64,000 bases of DNA from Candidatus Sericytochromatia bacterium S15B-MN24 CBMW_12 (GTDB lineage: Bacteria; Cyanobacteriota; Sericytochromatia; S15B-MN24; UBA4093), in contig DAZV01000014.1 of NCBI GenBank assembly GCA_002083825.1, forward strand, positions 1,080 through 65,079. The letters run 5' to 3'. Position 1 is the first letter of the stretch; each line of letters begins with the position of its first letter. Made by a program: the position numbers and the translations under genes. Under the pieces are notes generated by a model that made no database searches, was not told the DNA's origin, and saw nothing but the letters and a program-made list of their open reading frames with translations. Shown here in pieces: positions 38,645 through 46,559 of this stretch.

Positions 38645-41308
38645 TCAGGACTGCCAGCGCTGGATCTGTCCGGCCACCGTCAAAAGGGCCTGTTCGACCT
38701 CTCCCTGGCGCGACCTGAGCTTGTCCACCACCGGCCCCGGCGCCTTGGCGAGGAACGCCTCGTTCGAAAGCTGGCCCGCGAGCTTCTCTCGTTCGGCCAG
38801 GAGCTTGACTTGCTCCTTGCCGAGCCGCTCAATCTCCTTGCCGATGTCGAGAAGTCCGGCGAGCGGCAAGAGCAGGGTGGCATCTCCCGACACTCCCGAG
38901 GCTGCGAGGGGGATTTCCTGGGCTTCGGTGGAGACCTCGACGCGTTCGGTGCGGGTCAGGTGAGCGAGGTAGGAGGCGCCCTTGCGGTAGACCTCGGCGG
39001 ACGCGCTGGAGGCATGGATGACGAGGCGTTCGGCGCGCTTGGCAGGCTCGATGCCCAACTCGGCGCGCATGTTGCGAACCGAGCGTACGGCGTCCATGAT
39101 CTGGGCCATCTCGGCCTCGACCGTGGCATCGATCTTGGCGGCGTCGGCCTCGGGCCATGCGGTCCGAAGCAGCGAGTCATGGCGGGGAACGAGGTCTCGC
39201 TCCACGAGGGTGGCGTGGATCTCCTCGGTCACGAACGGCATGAACGGGTGCATGAGGCGCAGGGTCGCGTAGAGCACCTCGCGGAGAATGGCGCGGACGG
39301 TCTCATCTCCCGCATGCATGCGGGACTTGGCGAGCTCGATGTACCAGTCGGCGAACTCGCCCCAGATGAAGTCGTAGAGGGCATCGGTCGCCTGGTAGAG
39401 GTTGAAGGCGTCGATGGCCTCGGTGACGGTCTGGATGGTCCGGTGAAGGCGCGAGAGGATCCAGCGATCCGCCAGGGTCAGTTCCACGGCCTGGGCGCGA
39501 TCGCCCTCGGGGAGGTTCATGAGGGCGAAGCGACTGACGTTCCAGAGCTTGTTGGCGAAGTTCCGTCCCGCCTCCAGCTTCTCCTCGCTGAAGCGCACGT
39601 CCTGGCTGGAGGTGCCGGCGCCCGCGAACCAGAAGCGGCTGGCATCCGCCCCGTACTTGGCGATCATGTCGAGGGGATCCACCCCGGTGCCCTTGGACTT
39701 GGACATGCGCTGCCCCTTGGAGTCCAGGATGGTCGCATGGATGACCACGTGCTGGAAGGGAATCTCGTCGAGGAACTCCTTCGAGGTGAAGACCATGCGC
39801 GCCACCCAGAGGTAGAGAATGTCGCGGGCGGTCGAGAGCACGTTGGTGGGGTAGAAGTAATCGAACTCGGGGGTCTTTTCGGGCCAGCCCAGGGTGGCGA
39901 AGGGCCAGAGGGCGGAGCTGAACCAGGTGTCGAGGACGTCGGGGTCCTGCTCGGCAGGCTGTGAACACGTGGGGCAGGTCGTCAGGTCCGTGACCGAGGC
40001 GGTCTGGTGGCCGTCGGGGCAAGTCCAGACGGGAATCCGGTGGCCCCACCAGAGCTGACGCGAAATGCACCAGTCCTTGATGTTGTGAAGCCAGTCCAGG
40101 TAGACGCCCTTCCAGCGCTCGGGGTGAAACTCGATTTTCCCTTCCTCGACCACCTGAATGGCGGGACCGGCGAGCGGCTCCATCTTCACGAACCACTGGT
40201 CGGAGAGGCGCGGCTCCACGACGGTGCTGCAGCGATCGCAGTGGCTGACGTTGTTGCTGTAGTCGGCTTCCTTGACCAGGACTCCGTCCTTTTTCAGGTC
40301 GAGAACGGCGGCCTTGCGGGCCTCGAAGCGGTCGAGGCCGGCGTAGCGCTCGCCTGCCAGTTCGCTCATGGTGCCTTCGGGACCGATCACGACGAGGGTC
40401 GGCAGGCCGTGGCGCTGGCCGATCTCGTAGTCGGTCATGTCGTGGGCGGGGGTGATCTTGAGGGCGCCGGTGCCGAAGTCGCGCTCGACGGCTTCATCGG
40501 CGATCACGGGAACCGTGCGGTCGGTGAGGGGGACCCGGACCTGCTTGCCGATGAAGGAGCGGTAGCGGTCATCCTCGGGGTGAACGGCGATCGCCACGTC
40601 CCCCATGATGGTCTCGGGGCGAACCGTCGCGATGGTGATGGAGCCCGAACCATCGGCCAGCGGATACTCGACGTGGTAGAGGGTGGAGTCCGATTGCTTG
40701 TGAACGACCTCGAGGTCGGAGAGCGAGGTCAGACAGCGGGGGCACCAGTTGATGATCCGGTTCCCGCGGTAAATCAGCCCCTTCTCGAAGAGGTGCACGA
40801 AGGCGACGCGAATGGCCTGGGTGTAACCCTCGTCCATGGTGAAACGCCAGCGCTCGGGATCCATCGAGGTCCCCAGACGCTTGAACTGGTGGACGATGGT
40901 GTTGCCGTAGTGCTCCTTCCACTCCCAGACCCGGGAGATGAAGGCCTCGCGCCCGATGTCATGGCGCGTCTTGCCTTCCTCAGTCCGGAGCTTGCGCTCG
41001 ACGACGTTCTGGGTGGCGATCCCCGCATGATCGGTGCCGGGCTGCCAGAGTACCCCGTAACCCTGCATCCGCTTGGATCGGGCGAGTACGTCCTGGATGG
41101 TGCCGTTGGTGGCATGGCCGAGATGCAGGTTACCGGTGACGTTGGGCGGAGGCAAGACCATCGAAAACGGCTTCTTGCTCGGATCGCGGTCCATCGCGAA
41201 GATTCCGAGCTCCTGCCAGCGGTCGATCCAGGTGTCTTCGACGCTCTGCGGCTCGTAGGCGGTGGCCATCGTCAGCGTCGACTTCTCCGTCGTGGGCTTC
41301 GTCTCCAT
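38645..41308 (-). CDS. valS: Valyl-tRNA synthetase
   Basis: PPPNVTGNLHLGH, DHAGIATQ, WCISRQLWWGHRIP, RMSKSKG, C-terminal coiled coil. Confidence 0.97.
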   Translation of the reverse strand: METKPTTEKSTLTMATAYEPQSVEDTWIDRWQELGIFAMDRDPSKKPFSMVLPPPNVTGNLHLGHATNGTIQDVLARSKRMQGYGVLWQPGTDHAGIATQNVVERKLRTEEGKTRHDIGREAFISRVWEWKEHYGNTIVHQFKRLGTSMDPERWRFTMDEGYTQAIRVAFVHLFEKGLIYRGNRIINWCPRCLTSLSDLEVVHKQSDSTLYHVEYPLADGSGSITIATVRPETIMGDVAIAVHPEDDRYRSFIGKQVRVPLTDRTVPVIADEAVERDFGTGALKITPAHDMTDYEIGQRHGLPTLVVIGPEGTMSELAGERYAGLDRFEARKAAVLDLKKDGVLVKEADYSNNVSHCDRCSTVVEPRLSDQWFVKMEPLAGPAIQVVEEGKIEFHPERWKGVYLDWLHNIKDWCISRQLWWGHRIPVWTCPDGHQTASVTDLTTCPTCSQPAEQDPDVLDTWFSSALWPFATLGWPEKTPEFDYFYPTNVLSTARDILYLWVARMVFTSKEFLDEIPFQHVVIHATILDSKGQRMSKSKGTGVDPLDMIAKYGADASRFWFAGAGTSSQDVRFSEEKLEAGRNFANKLWNVSRFALMNLPEGDRAQAVELTLADRWILSRLHRTIQTVTEAIDAFNLYQATDALYDFIWGEFADWYIELAKSRMHAGDETVRAILREVLYATLRLMHPFMPFVTEEIHATLVERDLVPRHDSLLRTAWPEADAAKIDATVEAEMAQIMDAVRSVRNMRAELGIEPAKRAERLVIHASSASAEVYRKGASYLAHLTRTERVEVSTEAQEIPLAASGVSGDATLLLPLAGLLDIGKEIERLGKEQVKLLAEREKLAGQLSNEAFLAKAPGPVVDKLRSRQGEVEQALLTVAGQIQRWQS

Positions 41309-41403
41309 GCGTTCCTCTCTCGGTGAATGCGGCTAGTGGCGCGAATTTGCTGGTCAATTCTACCACGCGAGCCCGCGGCCCGGCTTGTGGTATGATAGGC
41401 GTC

Positions 41404-41862
41404 ATGCGAATCGAAGCCTATTGTGACGGAGCTTGCTCCGGAAATCCCGGCCCCGGGGCCGCCGCTGCCCTCCTGCTCGCCTACGAGGGCGATGCGCTCA
41501 TCAAGGAGCGCGAACTGGTTTCGCCGGTGGATCCCCACACCACCAACCAGCGCCAAGAGCTCCTGGCCGCCATCATGGCCCTCGAAGCCCTCTCGCTGCC
41601 CGGGGTGCAAATCACCATGTTCTGCGACTCCAAGTACGTGATCGATGGCATCACCAGCTGGGTCAAAAACTGGAAGCGCAACGGCTGGGTGAATTCCAAG
41701 AAGGAACCCGTGGCCAACCGCGAACTCTGGGAACGCCTCGATCAGGCCGTCCAGAAGCACCAGGTGAGCTGGACCTGGGTCAAGGGGCATGCCGGCAACG
41801 CCTACAACCACCGCGTCGATCAGCTCGCCGTCAAGGCCGTTCAAGCTGCCCGCAAGAGCTAA
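41404..41862 (+). CDS. rnhA: Ribonuclease HI
   Basis: DGACSGNPGPG, TTNQRQEL, DSKYV, WVKGHAGN..N..VD. Confidence 0.93.
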   Translation: MRIEAYCDGACSGNPGPGAAAALLLAYEGDALIKERELVSPVDPHTTNQRQELLAAIMALEALSLPGVQITMFCDSKYVIDGITSWVKNWKRNGWVNSKKEPVANRELWERLDQAVQKHQVSWTWVKGHAGNAYNHRVDQLAVKAVQAARKS

Positions 41863-41879
41863 ACGATCGACAATCCAGA

Positions 41880-41915
41880 AGCAGGAGGCCCGCCGAATCC
41901 GGCGGGCCTCCTGCT
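41880..41915 (+). terminator. Hairpin downstream of rnhA
   Basis: AGCAGGAGGCCCGCCG-AATC-CGGCGGGCCTCCTGCT. Confidence 0.7.
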
Positions 41916-42038
41916 GTCAGCGGGGCTGAGGCCCGCGTTGTGAGAAGTCTCACATGCCCGCCGTGCGTTTCGACACCCTAGGCCTCATCGGTGTGACGCA
42001 TTCTAGACGAGTTACCGGCTCCCCCGACGCTCCCGATG
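41911..42038 (+). repeat. Copy 1 of a ~130-bp diverged direct repeat carrying a CRP-family box
   Basis: Aligns to 44179-44307; TGTGA-GAAGTC-TCACA at 41939-41954. Confidence 0.85.
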
Positions 42039-42047
42039 AGGCCCGCC

Positions 42048-42212
42048 ATGACCGTGAGTTGCCCCAAGTGCGACGCTGCGATGACCCTGAAATCCCGGAT
42101 TCGCTTCGCGGCGGGCCCCGGAAAGCTGATCTACGTCTGCATCAAGAGTGCCAACCACGTCCGCATCGTCGATGATCCCGGATCCCGCCTGCCCGTTCCG
42201 GCGGGCGACTAA
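42048..42212 (+). CDS. Unannotated 54-aa putative zinc-ribbon protein
   Basis: MTVSCPKCDAAMTLKSRIRFAAGPGKLIYVCIKSANHVRIVDDPGSRLPVPAGD; CxxC...CxxxxxH; GC3-rich codons; stop overlaps the convergent sdpI-like stop. Confidence 0.65.
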   Translation: MTVSCPKCDAAMTLKSRIRFAAGPGKLIYVCIKSANHVRIVDDPGSRLPVPAGD

Positions 42213-42862
42213 CCTCGGTTCGGTTGCCGGAAGAGCCAGTAGGAGTACCCGAAGGTGACGACCACCAGGCCGATGGTCGATCCCATCACCACGCCGAAGG
42301 CCCAATTGAGCGGTAGCCAGATGCTCAGCATGATGGCGAACCCCATGATAACCATGAGCTTTCCTGCCAGCCGATGGGTCCGGACCCAGACCTCGTCGCT
42401 GGAGAGCGTCCAGGGCGTGCGAATCCCCACGAAGAAGTTCGACCGAACTTTCGGAAGGTAATTTCCCAGGACGACGAAGAGCAGGCCGATTCCCACCAGG
42501 AGCCGGGTGACGTGCAGCGATTGATCCGCCGAGGCCGCCGCCGAAAGGGCCAGGTAGGTGATGAAGAGCATCAGCGCGGTCACGCCCGTCTTGATCACCG
42601 GGTAGATGCCGCCGAAGGCCGCCCAGTTGCGGCTTCGCGGATCGATGAGCGGGCTCAAGGTCAGCACCAGGTAGACGAGGGTAGCGGCCAAGGGGCCGAT
42701 GAGAGCGCCCCAGAGCCGGGGCATCCAATCGTCGGGCCGGCCGTCGATTCCCCAGTGCGTCGGCACCGGATCGGGGAGCTGAGGCCAGTACCAGAAGACC
42801 AGGCCCCACGCGGCGAGAATCATGAGAATCGGCAGGAACTCAGTCCTGAACGTCGGGCGCAT
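42209..42862 (-). CDS. SdpI family immunity membrane protein (DUF1648 + SdpI)
   Basis: LPDPVPTHWGIDGRPD, GNYLPKVRSNFFVGIRTPWTLSSDEVW.RTHRLAGK. Confidence 0.9.
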   Translation of the reverse strand: MRPTFRTEFLPILMILAAWGLVFWYWPQLPDPVPTHWGIDGRPDDWMPRLWGALIGPLAATLVYLVLTLSPLIDPRSRNWAAFGGIYPVIKTGVTALMLFITYLALSAAASADQSLHVTRLLVGIGLLFVVLGNYLPKVRSNFFVGIRTPWTLSSDEVWVRTHRLAGKLMVIMGFAIMLSIWLPLNWAFGVVMGSTIGLVVVTFGYSYWLFRQPNRG

Positions 42863-43130
42863 GGGACTCTCCTTTCCAGAGGTTGAGCATCGAGGCCATC
42901 AGCTCCTCGAAGACCGTCAAATTGAGATGATACGTGATGTGGGTCCCGTCGCGGATGCCGTAGATGAGGTCGGCGTCCTTGAGCTGGTTCAAGTGATGGG
43001 AGACGGTCGGCTTCTTCAACTCGAAGCGCTCCGCGATCTCCCCGGCGGTACGTGGCCGCTGCCGCAGGAGGGCCAGGATCTCGCGACGACTGGGATCGGC
43101 GATCGCCTTGAAGACCTCGTTCAGAGCCAT
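42840..43130 (-). CDS. SdpR-like ArsR/SmtB family autorepressor
   Basis: FKAIADPSRREIL.LL...TAGEIA..F....PTVSHHL..LK.A.L...Y.LN.TVFEE; GGAGG Shine-Dalgarno. Confidence 0.88.
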   Translation of the reverse strand: MALNEVFKAIADPSRREILALLRQRPRTAGEIAERFELKKPTVSHHLNQLKDADLIYGIRDGTHITYHLNLTVFEELMASMLNLWKGESHAPDVQD

Positions 43131-43149
43131 CCCAGCCTCCGGCATGCGC

Positions 43150-44031
43150 TCAGCATAGGGGTTGCCCCACGGCATCGAGTGCTTTCCAGCGGTAGAGCCC
43201 CCAAACGAGGGCTGCCAGCACCAGCAGCCCGATCAGTCCCGTCGGCCCGCCGAGCAGGGAGTGGTGCCCCGCCACGAAGAAAAGACCGTAGGCGGCCCCC
43301 TGGTTGAGGAATCCGTGCGCGAGCGCCGGCACGAAGATGCTTCCTGACGCGTAGTAGAGCCAGGCGAAAACCGCTCCCATCAGCACCGCGAAGACGGTCA
43401 TGAACCCGATTCCCGCGACCGGATGACCGGGGTAATTGAAGCCCATCGCGATGACCGGCGCGTGCCAGAGGCCCCAGATGACGCCATGAACGGCGATCGC
43501 CCGGATCTTCCCCAGACCCAGCAGCTTGGGCAGCAGGTAGCCGCGCCAGCCGTACTCCTCGCCCCAGTAGGCCGGAATGCCCAGGATGGCTCCTAGAATC
43601 CCCATCTGGACCGCCATCAGGGCCGCGAAGACTCCCACGCTCATCGGAAAGGCTTGGCCCGACTTTGCCGTTATCGCCAGGATCAACTCCTGGAACTTGG
43701 TCAATTTGCCATCCAGCGTGAGCCAGGGGGTCAACGCCGAAAGGCCGAAGCTCAGCCCCAGAAAAACCGCCATCAGGGCGAACGCGGCGAGGTAGTAGCG
43801 TTTTTTGCCCAGGCAAAGCCCCGTGCCTCGAAAGCCTTCCCGGCGCAAGGACCGGAAGGCCACGGCGACCAAGGCGGGGATCAGCATCTGCACCCCGACC
43901 AGGATCTGGAAACTGCGCGGGTTGGCCAGGCCGCCCTGGAAGTAAACGATGACGTCCAGTGCCCAGCTCAGGGCGAAAACGACCGAGACGTAGCTGGTGA
44001 TGACCTTCCGATCTTTCGGTTCGAGCATCAT
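43150..44031 (-). CDS. CPBP family (CAAX/Abi) intramembrane metalloprotease
   Basis: GEEYGWRGYL, WGLWHAP, ALAHGFLN motifs; multiple TM segments. Confidence 0.9.
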   Translation of the reverse strand: MMLEPKDRKVITSYVSVVFALSWALDVIVYFQGGLANPRSFQILVGVQMLIPALVAVAFRSLRREGFRGTGLCLGKKRYYLAAFALMAVFLGLSFGLSALTPWLTLDGKLTKFQELILAITAKSGQAFPMSVGVFAALMAVQMGILGAILGIPAYWGEEYGWRGYLLPKLLGLGKIRAIAVHGVIWGLWHAPVIAMGFNYPGHPVAGIGFMTVFAVLMGAVFAWLYYASGSIFVPALAHGFLNQGAAYGLFFVAGHHSLLGGPTGLIGLLVLAALVWGLYRWKALDAVGQPLC

Positions 44032-44051
44032 GATCTCTCCTGATTTTGCTG

Positions 44052-44083
44052 CTATCTAATTCGATAGTCGACTAATTAGATAG
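44052..44083. promoter_or_regulatory. AT-rich inverted repeat, probable SdpR-like operator
   Basis: CTATCTAATT-12 nt-AATTAGATAG, 20 nt upstream of the first gene of the operon. Confidence 0.65.
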
Positions 44084-44178
44084 TAATCTAACTTCGGGGG
44101 CCTGACAAGTTCCAAACCCCGGAAAAAACCGGGCCTTGGAGCTCGACTCGGATGAAGCCGAAGCGTTCCGGCCAGCCT

Positions 44179-44307
44179 CTGCTGCCAGCGGGGCTGCGAC
44201 CCCGGGTTGTGAGAAGCCTCACATGCCCGCCGTGCGCGCCGATACCCGCCGCGGACGCGGCGTGACGTATGCTTGACGGGTTCGCATCTCCTGCGACGCT
44301 CCCGATG
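44179..44307 (+). repeat. Copy 2 of the ~130-bp direct repeat with a CRP-family box
   Basis: TGTGA-GAAGCC-TCACA at 44208-44223; TTGACG at 44273-44278 and GACGCT at 44295-44300. Confidence 0.85.
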
Positions 44308-44472
44308 CGCAGGGACTAGCGGAGGGGGAAAAGCGAATCAATGCGGGCCACGCGCCATTTAATCTCTACGCAATGTAGACCAAGCCTAGTCTTGATGGTG
44401 AGAAAGGATTAACTGCATGAGTCCAGGGTATTACTATGACGGATACAAGCAAACATTCGTTCAGGAGGCTGC

Positions 44473-45927
44473 ATGAGGCACATTCGGTGGATAGGCGTGG
44501 CGCTCAGTATCGGGTTGTTGACGGGTTGCCCGGGTGGGCTCGGCCTGAACCCTGAGACCCTCGACCAGATCAACTCCATGCTCGGCGAGTACGGACTCAA
44601 CCTCAAGACGGTGGATCCGTCGACGGGTGAGGCCCGGACTTATCAAGCAGCCGATGTCTCTCAGGTCGTCGGCGAAGACGGCAAGCCCATCGATTACAAG
44701 TTCGACGGCGACAAGATGGTCTTCCGGCCCGGCAAAGAGGGCCAGCAGCGGATCACGGTCAAACTCAAGGACGGGACGACCCAGCAGTTCACCATCGAAG
44801 GCAAGCAATCGGATGCCCGGATGACCGGAGACGTGGCGTTCATTCCTGACGGCAGCGGCCAGGGCTTCACCACCGAGGTTGGCATCGGCCAGGCCATCAA
44901 CGTCCGGGAGCGTCACGGCGCCATCATGGACCAGATGGCCTCCAAAAGAATCAAGCTGACCTTCGGCAGCGAGAACCTGGCGGGCCTGAGCCCCGACATG
45001 ATCAAGGCCGTCTACTTCGATCGCATGAAGCTCCCGCCCTTCACCTACGCGGTCGTGGACGGCGTGCTCAAGGTCGATCCCATGCATTTCTTCATGGCGC
45101 GCGAATATCAAAAGCACAGCGGATCCTATCCCATGGTCCGCGTCGGCTACATGAAAGACGGCAAGCTGATGGTGGTGCTCGCCGCCATGGCCGACTTGCC
45201 GCAGCTTCCCGACTTCACGCTGCCCCAGCCGGGTCAGGCTCCGCCGCCGCCTCCGGGTCCTGACGCCTTCGCGTCCGACCAGACTCTCGATCTCGAGATC
45301 AAGATGTCCGAGTCCCTGGACATGACGATCGAGGCGTACGAGACCGAGAAACAGCTGCAAACCAACGTTCCCCGGCCGGGCGAGGCGCCCCCTCCGCCCA
45401 GCGATACGGAGCAGGCCGCGATTCGCGAACATATCAACGAGTTCGGCGTCACGTTCAATGTCTCGACGCTTGCCGGCGTCGGCGCCACGGACGTCAAGGC
45501 CATGTTCGTCGGCAAGATGGAGCGCCCCATGATGGACCTCCTGTCGATTGGCACGGGCGGGGAAGTCAAGCTCGACCCGATGATGATCGGCCATGCCTTC
45601 CAGCTCTGGTACGGCCCGCTGAGCTCGAACACGACCAACGCCCCCTGGATCCGGATCTACTTCCAGGACGGCTCGGGCGGCCACGTGGCGAAGTTCCGCT
45701 TCAAGGCGAACACGGTACCCACTTGGTTCTCCGGGCCCATCGGCTGGGATCCGCCAGTGCGTTCGGATGCTATTGGTTGGTTTCCTCCTCAGCCGCCCTT
45801 CGGTGTCTTCGGAACGGGAAACACCGTCTCGGGAACGGACATGGAAATCGGCGCCCTGGAGACCGCGGTATCGCTGGATACCTTCCGGACGAACCTCCGG
45901 AACAAGACGGGTCCCAACCCCGATTAG
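44473..45927 (+). CDS. Hypothetical lipoprotein with an internally duplicated domain and Pro-rich linkers
   Basis: Lipobox LTGC; AGGAGG Shine-Dalgarno; typical codon bias; followed by a terminator. Confidence 0.8.
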   Translation: MRHIRWIGVALSIGLLTGCPGGLGLNPETLDQINSMLGEYGLNLKTVDPSTGEARTYQAADVSQVVGEDGKPIDYKFDGDKMVFRPGKEGQQRITVKLKDGTTQQFTIEGKQSDARMTGDVAFIPDGSGQGFTTEVGIGQAINVRERHGAIMDQMASKRIKLTFGSENLAGLSPDMIKAVYFDRMKLPPFTYAVVDGVLKVDPMHFFMAREYQKHSGSYPMVRVGYMKDGKLMVVLAAMADLPQLPDFTLPQPGQAPPPPPGPDAFASDQTLDLEIKMSESLDMTIEAYETEKQLQTNVPRPGEAPPPPSDTEQAAIREHINEFGVTFNVSTLAGVGATDVKAMFVGKMERPMMDLLSIGTGGEVKLDPMMIGHAFQLWYGPLSSNTTNAPWIRIYFQDGSGGHVAKFRFKANTVPTWFSGPIGWDPPVRSDAIGWFPPQPPFGVFGTGNTVSGTDMEIGALETAVSLDTFRTNLRNKTGPNPD

Positions 45928-45955
45928 CTTCGACTCCAATCGAATCATCCAAAAT

Positions 45956-45985
45956 CGAGGGCCTCTCCATGCGGAGAGGCCCTCG
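45956..45985. terminator. Hairpin between convergent genes
   Basis: CGAGGGCCTCTCC-ATGC-GGAGAGGCCCTCG. Confidence 0.7.
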
Positions 45986-46026
45986 GTCTATCATGGTCTC
46001 GCCTCACCCCTAGAGGCGGTCTTGCC

Positions 46027-46548
46027 TCAGCGAGCGGAGCGGGCGCGCCAGTCGGCGATCGCCCGCTTGCCGTTCTCGAACGAGAAATCACCCAGCGGGA
46101 GCGCGTCGGCAGCGAACCACCCGAGCTCCGCCACGTCGTCCTTGGCGTCGAGCTTCTCCGGGATGGCGCCCAGCACCGTGGCTTCGTAGAAGATGTTGAG
46201 CGTCGCGACGCCCGACGCGCCGTAGGTATCCATGTAGATCCCGCCGAAGCCCGTGATCCGGATGTTCAGACCGGTTTCCTCCAAGACCTCGCGCAGGGCG
46301 CCGGCCTCGGGGTGCTCCCCGTCTTCGAGGTAGCCGCCGGGGAGATCCCACTGGCCCTTGAAGGGCGCGATGGCCCGCCGCGCCAGCAGCAGGCGCCCCT
46401 GGTCATCGACGACCAGCGCGCCCGCGCATGGCTTGGAGTTCTTGTAGAACAGCTCCTGGCAGCCTGGGCAGCGCTGGCGGAGCAGTCCCTCCTGCAGCTG
46501 GGCGACTAGCTCCGTGCGACAGTAGGGGCAGTAGCGGAAGTCCTGCAT
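46027..46548 (-). CDS. NUDIX hydrolase with N-terminal zinc ribbon
   Basis: MQDFRYCPYC..C..C; Nudix box PGGYLEDGEHPEAGALREVLEETG. Confidence 0.9.
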   Translation of the reverse strand: MQDFRYCPYCRTELVAQLQEGLLRQRCPGCQELFYKNSKPCAGALVVDDQGRLLLARRAIAPFKGQWDLPGGYLEDGEHPEAGALREVLEETGLNIRITGFGGIYMDTYGASGVATLNIFYEATVLGAIPEKLDAKDDVAELGWFAADALPLGDFSFENGKRAIADWRARSAR

Positions 46549-46559
46549 GCGATCCTCGT

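Noticed and set aside
41309-41403. T-box leaders for valS, alaS or argS
   Set aside because: Upstream regions are too short and lack the T-box consensus
41911-44307. IS, transposon or CRISPR interpretation of the direct repeats
   Set aside because: No transposase, terminal inverted repeats, repeat-spacer periodicity or cas genes
44341-44412. 23-aa ORF MRATRHLISTQCRPSLVLMVRKD
   Set aside because: AT-rich, atypical codons and no motif; more likely regulatory DNA
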